Shown: positions 1 through 11,572 of the stretch, piece by piece | How positions within the stretch are numbered: position 1 is the stretch's first letter | Layout of the letters: every line of letters begins with the position of its first letter | Source of the DNA: Nemertoderma westbladi | Lineage: Eukaryota; Animalia; Xenacoelomorpha | Direction of reading: 5' to 3' | Length of the DNA: 35,186 nucleotides | Assembly (NCBI GenBank): GCA_032718475.1 | Contig: JAUCBJ010007109.1 | Location: 1 to 35,186 of the forward strand | Position numbers and translations under genes: made by a program | Notes under the pieces: generated by a model | The model's input: the letters and a program-made list of their open reading frames with translations, nothing else | Database searches by the model: none | What the model was told of the DNA's origin: nothing

Positions 1-205
1 CACTTTGTTCACTAATGTAACACATGCGAACACATTTTCGTTTTTCAAAGACAACCATATAAAATAAATATATACAATATTAATTGGCCGATTCGGTAAC
101 AGTAAAGATAATAGGTGACATTTTTCTACATAAAAAAATAATTATTACAAACTCATTATCATGTTTATTAATTATTTCTATGTTTAAACATTTTATATTT
201 TTAAG

Positions 206-442
206 GTGCAATAAGTAAACTTACAATGTGCTATAAAGCAGGACAAAAGCGGTTCAGTGGCAATATTAACAGACCTCGAGAACTATGTTCTAAGTGTTTA
301 GTAAAAACAGATTTGGGGGAAAATTACCACCCAAGATACGTAAATGAGATATTCTGCAGAAGTGCACACAGTCGGAAACCACTGCGTCATAGGAAATGGA
401 ATAACCTTAACAGCAATGCGTGTCTGGTTATCGACAGAAGAC
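206..442 (+). CDS. Internal coding exon of a cystine-knot growth factor (Trunk/PTTH/Noggin-like family); upstream exons lie outside the window
   Basis: Acceptor ttttatatttttaAG ends at 205 and donor GTAAGT starts at 443. Translation AISKLTMCYKAGQKRFSGNINRPRELCSKCLVKTDLGENYHPRYVNEIFC...NACLVIDRR. The C-x(n)-DLGxxxxPRYxxxxxC motif is characteristic of PTTH/Trunk/Noggin-like ligands. Confidence 0.8.
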
Positions 443-617
443 GTAAGTTTAAAACTTATATCTATGTATTCAGGTCCAATGACTACGTGAAATTATTAAA
501 AATTTAGTTATTGTGATGCGAAATGGGAAAGTGGAGTTAACGACAGATGACGTCACCATCAGATACCGCGAGCACCGACGCTAACGTGACAATAACTCTG
601 GATGGACCCGGATATAA

Positions 618-1346
618 GGGGGGGGGGGGGGGGGGGGTACACCATTTTCGGACAACTCCTCGATTGATCACTCTCAGCGTTTCAAAATTGTTTGGTTTTG
701 GCTTAAATTTGGAATATAGGTGCCTAAGATGCTATTCTACATGACAGGTCAGAAAAAAAAAATTTTCTCGCTATTTAATATTAGTTAATACTAGTTAGCA
801 ATAAAAAAAACTTGGTTGCGCTTAAAACCCTAAGGCTTTTACAGTTTTGAATCTAATCACCTGAAGAGTTTTTTTTATATGATAGATCAAAGATGGGGCA
901 ACATAAACTATCAGGTGAAATTTTGTGAAAATAATTTTGCACCGCCAGGTGGCGCTGCAAATTTATGCTAATTTTTAGGTTTGTTATAAATAGTATTAAA
1001 TTTCATTAACAAAAAATTTCGAAAAGTTGTCTGATACTTTTATGCAGGGTGCCTATCTAGACACCCACAGAAGGTTTCAGACTAATTGCTCAAAAATTGT
1101 AGAAGTAGTAGGGTTTTGAAGTTGACAATTTCATAATAAAAATGTTTGGAGATAATCGACCTTGCCTTATACATAGTTATAGTAATTTCAATAGGATTCC
1201 CTAAATGGAAATTGTTATAACTTGAAAACTAAAAGAGCTATTAAATAGCGGTTTTCAGATTTGAAAACACCATTCAGTAATGGTGCATTATAATAGACCA
1301 TAAAAAAATTTCGACATATTTTGGACCAAAATGGTACCCCCCCCCC
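618..1346. mobile_element. Non-autonomous TIR DNA transposon (Kolobok-like) in the intron
   Basis: Left end G-run+TACACCATTTTCGGACAA is inverted relative to right end TTGGACCAAAATGGTA+C-run. Flanks are ATAA (614-617) and TTAA (1347-1350). Purine termini with a TTAA-type target fit Kolobok. No transposase ORF. Confidence 0.55.
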
Positions 1347-2069
1347 TTAAGAATTCCCTTCGGAAGATGGCCGGTCAGGGTAATATACTCGGTATTACTC
1401 GCACGACCGCCCATGGGTTCCATTCCACTACGTCAACCAAACGCTGTTACACCCGCTATTACGCACTCAACTGCAAAGATTTGCCCTCCACTTTCCCATC
1501 TCATAACGCATCTGCAGTATTATTAGAATATAGGAAATTTGAATTTAATTTCTAACGAGTACTACTGTAATAATTCGCGATTGCAGAAAATAAAAAATTA
1601 ATTTAATTTAATTTAATTTTTAATGCATTTTTATAGAACACCCAAGTCCATCATATTTCATGGCAAATCGCTTTTTTTAATCGCTTTTCTACTTTTGCTA
1701 CAGTATTCTATTAAAATGTAGCCTACTTTCGATACTGTACTATATTATTATATTATTGGGGCAGCGACAAAGTAAGCGACCGTAGCATACGTGTAACGTT
1801 TTTCAATCGTGGTTCAGACTGTCTGCATGTCGGCAAATATTCAAAAGCTAATAACTTACTCAATCTTTGATGAAATATTTGGTACACATGTAGTTTATTA
1901 AATGTCTGAAATATGCACGAGTTAACTCAGCAGTTCGCCAGATTCCCGCTAGAAGGCGACTAGACATCGGTTGAAATCTATAATCGGCCTACTACATTGC
2001 AGCTACACATTGAGATGCTATGTGGTGTTTCAACAAAAAAGATTTGTGCCACCACCATGCAATTTACAA

Positions 2070-2598
2070 TTGGCTTGCTGTGATGCAGCCTGCATTAAGA
2101 ATGCTATGCCGGCTTGTCGACAAAATTAGCACCGCCACAACTCCCTATCCCCCATCACTTTCGCAATATTTTCCGCATCTCCAAGGCCAGTTTCCTTTAG
2201 GAGGTATCTCATGAAAGTCATGGGCTGTCCGCCATGCTTATTTTCTCCATGGCGCTGTCAAAGCAGAAGATTGTGTTCAGACTGGTCCTCATGGCGAAAA
2301 CAATGTCCTGCAAAGCGGAAGCGACTTTGTACTAGTGGACTAATGCCCAGCTTGGGGGAACCAAAGAGACACCTCCAATATTATATAGTGTCTAATTGGA
2401 GATGTGTGCATTGTACTTGACACAATGAACCCTACGTAGCATTCTTGTGAATGTGCCGTGCCATCCACAGATTTGGTGTTCTCAACAGTTAGAGCCCAGC
2501 ATGTAATGGTTTTACTGCTGATCTAAGTAGTAGAACCTTAAGTTTCTGACAAATTCTATGTGACTTCCAAATCCTGGACAGCCCATTCAATGAGGCCC
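2070..2598 (-). mobile_element. Degraded 3' fragment of the RTE-like LINE family seen at 8067-9302
   Basis: Reverse complement aligns by eye with about 8764-9297 (e.g. tccaggatttggaagtcac, ctttgcaggacattg, gacaagccggca.agcattcttaa), with many substitutions and indels. Confidence 0.85.
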
Positions 2599-2730
2599 GA
2601 CGTAGTTGAAATAGTGGTACCAGTACTACGTTTATAATTTATTATACGTTTATCTATAACATTACATAGCTAGTATTCCATGGAGAGAATTTCAAATACT
2701 GTATTATTGGTTGATCTATTTCTATTTTAG

Positions 2731-2891
2731 AACACGGGCGATGTCGACAGATAGAATATTTACATAATGTTCTATATAGACTTTCTAATGACCAGCAATG
2801 GCATTTGGGTCGCATTCCTATATACACGGGCTGCGAATGCGAAATGTTTCATCGTTCCTGGTTGATCCGGAACTACGCGGACTTCGAATAG
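2731..2891 (+). CDS. Terminal coding exon of the same cystine-knot ligand gene (missed by the ORF track)
   Basis: Acceptor tttctattttAG ends at 2730 and is phase-compatible with the donor at 443 (C|AA = Gln). It reads QHGRCRQIEYLHNVLYRLSNDQQWHLGRIPIYTGCECEMFHRSWLIRNYADFE* (TAG 2889-2891), supplying the CxQ, VLxR, W and CxC elements that complete the knot. Confidence 0.8.
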
Positions 2892-2936
2892 AATACACTT
2901 AGCCATTCAAGTCAGGTATCAAAGCTCACCAAATCA

Positions 2937-2942
2937 AATAAA
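2937..2942 (+). promoter_or_regulatory. Candidate polyadenylation signal AATAAA
   Basis: First AATAAA after the stop codon at 2891; the hexamer is common in AT-rich DNA. Confidence 0.35.
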
Positions 2943-3751
2943 GACGATTCATTCGGTTCAAAGCAGAAATGATGCTGTTTGTGTTATAATTGTGATTGTG
3001 ACGACCCCTACCTCAAACCTGGTTTCCCAATCACCTACGAAAATACGAAATTCTGCATTTACTCTAGTTTAATATATCTCTACTATATTTAACTGACTTA
3101 TGTAGAAATTAATGTATGCCATTGTCTGTATTAGTGTATACACTACTGTATTAGTAATATATTTTGAGCATTATTATTATATTTTGAAAAATTAATGGCC
3201 GTATGTTAAATATGAATTTTTTGAGCCATTTTTTAAATGTTTGCACGCAGTACAGTATTGTTGAATAAACAAGCCAGATATTACCTTTCAAAGATTCTCG
3301 AAATATTAAAACATCAACCATAATCACTAAAAATAGATGCTCATCTTTGATCGGTTTTTATCAGTAATAATTAATAAACAACTCGTATAATGAAAATTTC
3401 CTAATTGAAACACACAAATGGAGAAAGATTTCATATAAAAACGCAATACCTGTAACATAAGACATATAATATATAGAGTTTAGTTAATGGATCTGGGACC
3501 TTCACTGCACCGAACTGTTATGGATAGGTGGAATTTGTGTTGTGACAACACCTGAAAACAGTGACAACACTCAGCCACATTAAAAATACAGTGTTGTATG
3601 TAGTTTACCTTGTTCTTTCAACCACTACTGCATAGGACTATCGCATCGGAAGATCGCATAACATAATCCTAACTGCACATCGACATTCTTCACTACCGGT
3701 ATTCATTACTGTATCATAGGTTTAGGCCTATATCATTATTCTTACAGAGAT

Positions 3752-4029
3752 CTACAGTAGGTAGGCCTAGCACTTCCGTACTGAACTACAGTAGGTAGGC
3801 CTAGCACTTCCGTACTGAACTACAGTAGGTAGGCCTAGCACTTCCGTACTGAACTACAGTAGGTAGGCCTAGCACTTCCGTACTGAACTACAGTAGGTAG
3901 GCCTAGCACTTCCGTACTGAACTACAGTAGGTAGGCCTAGCACTTCCGTACTGAACTACAGTAGGTAGGCCTAGCACTTCCGTACTGAACTACATTAGGT
4001 AGGCCTAGCACTTCCGTACTGAACTACAG
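3752..4029. repeat. Minisatellite, 34-bp unit, about 8 copies
   Basis: Unit CTACAGTAGGTAGGCCTAGCACTTCCGTACTGAA, near-perfect. Confidence 0.95.
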
Positions 4030-4212
4030 GTGACTATAATACTTTAATTTAATAGGCCAGACGCCAGTCGGGTATTTTTATACGTACTGCTGTACGGAAA
4101 GGAACTCGCTGGTTCGCAAGTTTAGTGTACCGTTACGGCTGTACGGAATCAATATTTCAACCTTCGCCTATTAATTATTTCCATCGAAGATTGTTTATTA
4201 GCATTCAAACAT

Positions 4213-4389
4213 GATTACGGTCTACGGACTACGGTCTATGGACTACGGTCTACAGACTACGGTCTATGGACTACGGTCTACGGATTACGGTCTACGGACT
4301 ACGGTCTATGGACTACGGTCTACGGATTACGGTCTACAGACTACGGTCTATGGACTACGGTCTACGGACTACGGTCTACGGACTACGGT
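4213..4389. repeat. Minisatellite, 14-bp unit (7+7), about 12 copies
   Basis: Unit GACTACGGTCTA(C/T)G with minor variants. Confidence 0.95.
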
Positions 4390-4855
4390 TGAAAGACCTA
4401 CATAAACTACATGCAACACTGTAGGCCTAACTGGTTAGCAGTATTGCTGTATTGCACACTACTGAATTCATGATTTTGAGTGTTGTCCAGACAATTGGAG
4501 TGTTGTCTCCAGATGTTAAGAAGGAAGTGATAACAAGCAGACAACTCACACCTTCACCAAAGGAATGAGATATTTTCGTTGTTAGATCCGAGGGTCTCAA
4601 TTATTTTTAAAATTTGGTCCGAAAACTAATATCTATAATTTATTGTGCTAGAATTACAGATTTAGAATCCAATTAAGTGCATACAGCAAGAATACCGTAC
4701 TACTGTGGCTGAGTGTTGTCAGCGTTTTTAGGTGTTGTCACAAATTCCACCTATTCAACTATTATCTGCAAACACACCAAACATATATCATAATGCTTAG
4801 CTAGTTATTGGCTTCAAACATTTATAGCTTCCGACATTACACACTGAAACACACC

Positions 4856-4965
4856 ATAGAATTATATTAGTCGCATCAGAGATCCCGTTTAGAGACTACT
4901 GCGCACGTGGGAACCAAAATGGTTTCCGTAAAGGTCGTGGGACTAGGGATCCAATTCTGGAGCTT
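4856..4965 (+). pseudogene. Short RTE-like reverse-transcriptase fragment
   Basis: 4912-4965 reads NQNGFRKGRGTRDPILEL, the conserved QxGFRxxRST motif of LINE RTs, overlapping the TMEPILAL start of the copy at 8067. Confidence 0.6.
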
Positions 4966-4972
4966 CTGAAGC

Positions 4973-6054
4973 TTGGGTTAGGAGACTTTGTGTTTGGGTT
5001 AGGAGGTGGGCGTTATTTGGGTTAGGAGTTTGGGGTTTGTTTGGCTTATGATGCGGGCGTTGAATGGGTTAGGAGGTGGGCGTTGTTTGGGTTAGGAGGC
5101 TGGGCGTTGTTTGGGTTAGGAGGCGGGCGTTGTTTGGGTTGGGAGACTGGGCGTTGTTTGGGTTAGGAAGCTGGACATTGTCTGTGTAGGAGACTGGGCG
5201 TTGTTTGAGTTAGGAGTTTGGGGGTTGTTTGGGTTAGGATGCGGGCGTTGTTTGGGTTAGGAGTTTAGGGGTTGTTTGGGTTAGGATGCGGGCGTTGTTT
5301 TGGGTTAGGAGGCTGAGCGTTGTTTGGGTTAGGAGGTGGGCGTTGTTTGGGTTAGGAGATTGGGCGTTGTTTGGGTTAGGAGGCTGGGTGTTGTTTGGGT
5401 TAGGATGTGGGCGTTGTTTGGCTTAGGATGCGGGCGTTGTTTTGGGTTAGGAGGCTGGGCGTTGTTTGGGTAAGGAGGTGGTCGTTGTTTGGGTTAGGAG
5501 GTGGGCGTTGTTTGGGTTAGGAAACTGGGCGTTGTTTGGGTTAGGAGGCTGGGTGTTGTTTGGGTTAGGATGTGGGCGTTGTTTGGGTTAGGATGCGGTC
5601 GTTGTTTGGGTTAGGAGACTTGGTGTTTGGGTTAGGAGGTGGGTGTTGTTTGGGTTAGGATGTGGGCGTTGTTTGGGTTAGGATGCGGTCGTTGTTTGGG
5701 ATAGGATACTTGGTGTTTGGGTTAGGAGGTGGGCGTTATTTGGGTTATGAGGTTGGGGGTTGTTTGGGTTAGGAGGCTGGGCGTTGTTTGGGTTAGGAGA
5801 CTTGGTGTTTGGGTTAGGAGGTGGGCGTTATTTGTGTTAGGAGGTAGGGGGTTGTTTGGGTTAGGAGGCTGGGCGTTGTTTGGGTTCGGAAGTTGGGCGT
5901 TGTTTTGGTTAGGAGGTGGGCGTTGTTTGGGTTAGGAGGCTGGGCTTTGTTTGGGTTAGGAGGCTGGGCGTTGTTTGGGTTAGGAGACAGGGCGATGTTT
6001 GGGTTAGGAGGTGGGGGTTGTTTGGGTTTGGTGGTTGGCCGTAGTTGGGGTTAG
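4973..6054. repeat. G-rich minisatellite, 22-23-bp unit
   Basis: Consensus GGGCGTTGTTTGGGTTAGGAGG(C)T with many variants and strong G/T strand skew. Confidence 0.95.
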
Positions 6055-6989
6055 TTATTTACAATTATTGTTTACCCATGCCCCTAATAGTGGCATTAAA
6101 CAGATTCTTCGCCATCTACGTGGCTCGCTCAAAACCTGAAACATTGGAACTAAATTCGCCAGCATTGGAACTAAATTCGCATCCATTGGAATTCAATTAG
6201 ATTTCGTTTTTTCCTCGTTAGTTCGCCAAAATTGGAAATAAGTACGGGGAATCCCACACGCAGGGGTGTACCAGTTTGCCTACAGTACATATACGGCCTA
6301 CGTCATTGAGGGACAATATGTACTGCAATTATGTATGCACAATAAGAATAATAGTCTTGCATAATAAGAAAATAGTTCGCATGTCTCTACATACTAACAT
6401 ACACCCACTCATTCAATTAATTACAACTATTATTTGCAAGGTTACTGAATGTTATAACAAGAAGATGAATACTTTATAGTAAGTTTTGTGCAATTACTAA
6501 AGGTTATTTCATTTGACACAGTATGCAATCTTCCTGTTTACTAATGGTATTTCATGAGACGCAGAATGTAATTCATGTATTATCTATGCCTAATGGCATA
6601 TCATAGTCACCATTACTTAGATAGCACAATACACATGCATGACCAAAATTGAAATGTATAGCAGTAATATTGCACTGATCGCACATTTAATATACTTTTC
6701 AAATAATTGTCACTTAATTAAAAAAATAATTACGATAGTAAGGCCATTGTATACGAGTCAATCAAACACCCGAAATTTGAAATCAATCATAACCACATTT
6801 TTTCTATTCTTTATTATGTTTTTAATTTCAAAATTAAAAGTTTGGGTTTTTTTTTATTTAAATTTATTTTGTTGATGATATGTTGATTCCAGATACAGTA
6901 GTGGCGCACATTGACCGCAAGTGAGATAATTAATAGTTTATTGTTTTGGTTAGAAAACACCGTCATTCGAACCTGCTCCTTTCCCTTAA

Positions 6990-7805
6990 TTGTTTTAGGG
7001 GGGGGGGGGTAACACCCTGGTGTTTTTTTTAAATTTGTTTATATCTCCAATGTGGTTAAAGAAAACTATATACCATCGAAAAGAGAATGAACTCTATATG
7101 ATAAAGTAAGTCTGCCTATGCCTATAAGGATACCATACCAAAATACTACCTATGGCGGTTTTCCTGGTAGGAGAATTCATTTCTGATGTCAGTTTTCAAT
7201 TTTTTGGAAAATCTAGTCTTCTAACTAACTATCTGATGTCTGTCTGTGAGTCAGTTTGTCTGTCGGTCGGTCTGTCCGTCAAAATATAATAATTCGCACA
7301 TAATAGCTAAAAATGTCTCTATGGGGTTTTTCGTAGTCGGTAATTTCATTGCTGATGTCAGTTTTCCATTTTTTGCAAAATCTAGTCTTCTAAATAACAA
7401 TCTGATGTCTGTTTATGAGTCAGTTTATCTGTCGGTCTGTCCGTCAAAATATAATAATTCGCAGAAAATAGCTAAAAATTTCTCTATGGGGGTTTTCGTG
7501 GTCGGTAATTTCATTTCCGATGTCAGTTTTCGTAATTATCTGAATCTGAAAGACAGACAGACAGAAACGCAGGCAGACAGACTGATCAGGTTCCACAAAA
7601 TATGAAAACTTACAACATACATTTTGTAACATTAACATTGTTGCATTCTGACAGGCAGACCAAAAGAGAGACAAACGGACAGATAACCGTTTTTAGATTT
7701 GAAATCCTCATTAAATTCTGCTCTAGATAAAATTTAAAAAAATCCAAAATTTTAACCAGGGGGGAGGGGTTACCCCCCCCCCCCCCCCAACCCCCTTAAT
7801 TAAAT
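6990..7805. repeat. Interspersed repeat with about 165-170-bp internal tandem units and TCTG/CAGA microsatellites (Helentron/DINE-1-like or foldback; class uncertain)
   Basis: Block ctatggNNgttttc...atttcattNctgatgtcagtttt recurs near 7150, 7319 and 7483, with GTCT tracts and loosely inverted G-run/C-run ends (6994-7020, 7756-7800). Confidence 0.55.
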
Positions 7806-8066
7806 TAAACACATTTTTAAAACCCACCCCCATTGACTCGTTCATTCTTAGAAAATATAGGGTGAAGAAGATTTACGAAAAGCACCATATCACTGCCACG
7901 AATGCGTCAAATCCTGATTTATGTAGCACAAATATCAACATCAACATAATTAATCATAATGTACTGACTAAACAGGTGATCGATTGGTGCTAATTACCAC
8001 TGAGGTATAAGAGTTGGGTCTGTGAGGAAACTGGGTATTAACTAGTGACGGGCCTAGCAGGCCCGA

Positions 8067-9302
8067 CCATGGACCATGGAGCCCATTTTGGCACTTAGAA
8101 GGATAATTGAAGAGTTATCAAAAAAGAAAGACAGGCATCTGGCTGTTATATTTGTTGACTTCTTCAAGGCCTTTGATTCAGTCTCTCGCTCACGTATGTT
8201 CAGCATACTTTCATTATATGGGATTCCTGATGAAATTATTGCAGCAATCAGATCAGTATACGATGGTTCGACAACATTTGTGTCTACTGTTGATGGTGAC
8301 ACAGAACCATTTGAAGTGTTATGGGGCGTCCTCCAAGGAGACACACTTGCACCATTCTTGTTCATTATTGTGGTTGACTATGTTCTACGCATGTCCTTAG
8401 ATCATCATAATGATGATGGGGTGATGATAACTCCACCTACTGGCTCCAGAAGTCGAGGAAATCCTGCCAAGTACCTAACTGATCTAGACTTTGCTGATGA
8501 CTTAGGAGTACTCTCAGAATCATTAGAGGGAGCCCAGCGGCTCCTCAGCTCATTAGAACATGCTGCTTCTAGTGTTGGTCTTTTTATTAACTCCAGAAAG
8601 ACAAAAATTCTGACAGTTAACTTTGAAAGTCCTCAGCAAGTCTCTGATCGGATGAGCATAAGCTCAAAGGATGGTATGCTTGAGCATGTGGACGACTTCT
8701 GTTACCTGGGATCATGGATCCGGAAGTCAGGTGAGGACCTTCGAATACGTAAGGGAAAGGCATGGGCAGCCTTGAATAGGCTTTCCAGGATTTGGAAGTC
8801 ACCTAGAATTAATCGGAAACTTAAGGTCCGATTATTCAGAGCAGCAGTAGTTCCAGTACTCCTCTACGGGAGTCCATGCTGGGCTCTAACTGCTGAGGAC
8901 ACCAAATCTCTGGATGGCACATTCACAAGAATGCTACGCCGGGTACATTGTGTCAAGTACAATGCACACATCTCCAACCAGACACTATATAACATTGGAG
9001 GTGTCTCATTGGTTCCCCCAAGCTTGACACTAGAACAAAATCGCCTCCGCTTTGCAGGACATTGCTTTCGCCGTGAGGACCAGCCAGTGCATAATCTTGT
9101 ACTTTGGCAGCCTCATGGAGTGAATAAGCATGGTGGACAGCCCATGACTTTCTTGAGACGCATCTTAAAGGACACTGGCCTTAAAGATGCGGATGATCTA
9201 GCAAATGTCATGGGTGATAGGGAGTTGTGGCGGTGCAATTTTGTTGACAAGCCGGCACAGCATTCTTAAAAATGCAGCTGCAATGCAGCATGCCGATCCT
9301 AG
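8067..9302 (+). mobile_element. 5'-truncated RTE-clade non-LTR retrotransposon with perfect 12-bp TSD
   Basis: TAGCAGGCCCGA at 8055-8066 and 9303-9314 brackets an uninterrupted RT ORF and a very short 3' UTR with no poly(A). Confidence 0.9.
8076..9269 (+). CDS. Reverse transcriptase, C-terminal part of LINE ORF2 (N-terminally truncated)
   Basis: Motifs FVDFFKAFDSV, GVLQGDTLAPFLF, LDFADD, FCYLGS, LLYGSPCW and RLRFAGHCFR are typical of RTE-like RTs. The endonuclease and first RT motifs are absent. Confidence 0.9.
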   Translation: MEPILALRRIIEELSKKKDRHLAVIFVDFFKAFDSVSRSRMFSILSLYGIPDEIIAAIRSVYDGSTTFVSTVDGDTEPFEVLWGVLQGDTLAPFLFIIVVDYVLRMSLDHHNDDGVMITPPTGSRSRGNPAKYLTDLDFADDLGVLSESLEGAQRLLSSLEHAASSVGLFINSRKTKILTVNFESPQQVSDRMSISSKDGMLEHVDDFCYLGSWIRKSGEDLRIRKGKAWAALNRLSRIWKSPRINRKLKVRLFRAAVVPVLLYGSPCWALTAEDTKSLDGTFTRMLRRVHCVKYNAHISNQTLYNIGGVSLVPPSLTLEQNRLRFAGHCFRREDQPVHNLVLWQPHGVNKHGGQPMTFLRRILKDTGLKDADDLANVMGDRELWRCNFVDKPAQHS

Positions 9303-10425
9303 TAGCAGGCCCGATAACCTCTGCGTCTGATTTCATAAAAAACAGTTAACTGGTGGTAGCGGTTACAAATTTGAGTACCTGGCTACAAATCCATGTTCCA
9401 CGTTACAAATCAGTATGTTTGGTTACAAATAGGAGCACCCTGTTACAACCTGATGTCTCTGGTTATGATTTGTTACAAATGGTTACAATCTCAGCACCTA
9501 GTTTTTACAAATTTAATTGCCCAGTTCCAAATATAAGTATCCATAGTAATAAATCCAAGTGCCATGTAACAAATCTTAGTACCCATGAACAGATGAGACA
9601 GTCCAGTTACAAATTTGATTAGGACTTACTCAGTCACACAATTAAGCTAATTAAGCTCACATTAAGCTAATAGAAATTAATATATCTTTCATTCGATTCA
9701 GTGAGTATGTGAGAGGGCCCATCTTCCTGCGTGCAACAAATTACAAACTTGCAGTAGGATTAATGATTGCCTATGTTTTGAAGGGGAGTCTGACAGAGAG
9801 CAGTGATTTTTACATTTCAAACTATAATGTTAGCCTATGGAGATTAATATGAGACTGAGTCCCATACCGAGCCAAGCATATGTGCTGTGCATACTGGTTG
9901 AGACAAATGTGCATACATTCACGCCTACCTGCACGAATAACATGCACACATACATGCACGCATATATGCACGCGGCTAGGCTAATCTCACACAGCCAGGC
10001 AGGGAGCATGGCCAGGCCATACGTCTATAGGTCTTGCTGGGCCGCGCTGCCCGAACAGTGACTAAGCCGACCCTCACCCGGTTCGGCTCAGCATTTCAAC
10101 TTGCAAACGTGTAGATATAAAAAGAGACCGGTCAGCCTGTACTGGGGTGGGAGGATAGGATAGGCCTATAGCCTATACATACAGTGGATATCGTATAATT
10201 GACGTCATAATTGAAACAACAACTCAAGTAATATAACAGTAATGTATAACAAGGTGTTTTTGCTTAATGTAAATGACACATACAGTATTATATGTTTGCT
10301 ATTTATTTGTGAGATTATTGTGTGAGATATTTGTGACGTCATTACACAGTGGCGCGAGCAATGGCAAATGAATTATTATTTTATTTGCATTGCATCATTT
10401 GCATCATCGTGTTGATACTAAGTAT

Positions 10426-10860
10426 CAAACCCTAAAGGGGGGCAAACCCTAAAGGGGGTCAAACCCTAAAGGGGGGGCAAACCCTAAAGGGGGGCAAACC
10501 CTAAAGGGGGGCAAACCCTAAAGGGGGGGCAAACCCTAAAGGGGGCAAACCCTAAAGGGGGGCAAACCCTAAAGGGGGTCAAACCCTAAAGGGGGGGCAA
10601 ACCCTAAAGGGGGGGCAAACCCTAAAGGGGGGCAAACCCTAAAGGGGGGGGCAAACCCTAAAGGGGGGCAAACCCTAAAGGGGGGCAAACCCTAAAGGGG
10701 GTCAAACCCTAAAGGGGGGGGGGCAAACCCTAAAGGGGGGGGCAAACCCTAAAGGGGGGCAAACCCTAAAGGGGGGGGGGGCAAACCCTAAATGGGGGCA
10801 AACCCTAAAGGGGGTCAAACCCTAAAGGGGGGGCAAACCCTAAAGGGGGGGCAAACCCTA
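10426..10860. repeat. Minisatellite CAAACCCTAAA(G)n, mostly 17-18-bp unit, about 24 copies
   Basis: Directly visible; only the G-run length varies much. Confidence 0.95.
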
Positions 10861-11384
10861 CTAAACGGGCACATTTGGAAAAAATATTTTTTTCGTAAGT
10901 TGTGTGCAAATTACAAATTACTCCGTTACAATCTTGAAAATGCCACCACACATTGTTTTGATTAATTTTACCAATTAAAATTCAAAATACTAAGTTGTAC
11001 GCACAATTCGCACAAGATACTAAGTTGTAGTTGTTCAAATAATGATTTGCTTCGCGACACTTTAAAATATAAAATTTATCACATTAAAAGATAAAGACGA
11101 ACTCCTGTCTCGAACATGCACTTAAACTACTTACTGGTAGTTATAGTTACCGGTAATGTAGGAATAAGAATAGATTCCAAACACGCTTATTAATGCTCAA
11201 TCTATAGCAGATTTATTTCCATCCACTAATATGTTTAATATCAAGAAATTATCTACAGAGTTACATTCACAGTATGAAAAGTACTGGAAGGATAATATGT
11301 ATAATATGGACGGGAAATATAAGAGTTAAACCCTTTCGCACCTAATTCAAGATTTTATGTGTTCCCCAAAAACCTAAAGTAAAA

Positions 11385-11572
11385 TCACAAGTCTGAAGTC
11401 AGTCGGCCTTTTTGTCAGTTTGTCTGTCAAGACTTAAGAAATAATAAAATCTACTAACATTCCCGCTATGGGGGTTTTAAGGGTTGGTGATTTCATTTCT
11501 AATGTCAGTTTTTACATTTAAAAAAATCTAGTCTGTCTGTCTGTCTGTCTGTCGGTCTTTCTGTCAGTTTGT
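11385..11572. repeat. Second, partial copy of the 7.1-7.5 kb repeat unit
   Basis: Shares ctatggggg.tttt, atttcatttctaatgtcagtttt, aaaatctagtct and (TCTG)n with 7150-7535. Confidence 0.65.

Larger units (their letters stand above)
3527..4751. mobile_element. Non-autonomous TIR element (about 50-bp TIRs, TA-flanked) carrying two minisatellites
   Basis: GGTGGAATTTGTG..TGACAACACCTGAAAACAGTGACAACACTCAGCCACA (3527-3578) is the inverse of TGTGGCTGAGTGTTGTCAGCGTTTTTAGGTGTTGTCACAAATTCCACC (4704-4751). TA at 3525-3526 and 4752-4753. Confidence 0.75.

Noticed and set aside
443-507. C-terminal part of ORF 226-507 as a stand-alone 93-aa protein
   Set aside because: It is read-through past a consensus GTAAGT donor; the knot is completed only by the exon at 2731.
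4973-6054. True telomere or interstitial (TTAGGG)n/(TTAGG)n tract
   Set aside because: The motif is embedded in a 22-23-bp unit and never occurs as a pure tandem telomeric repeat.
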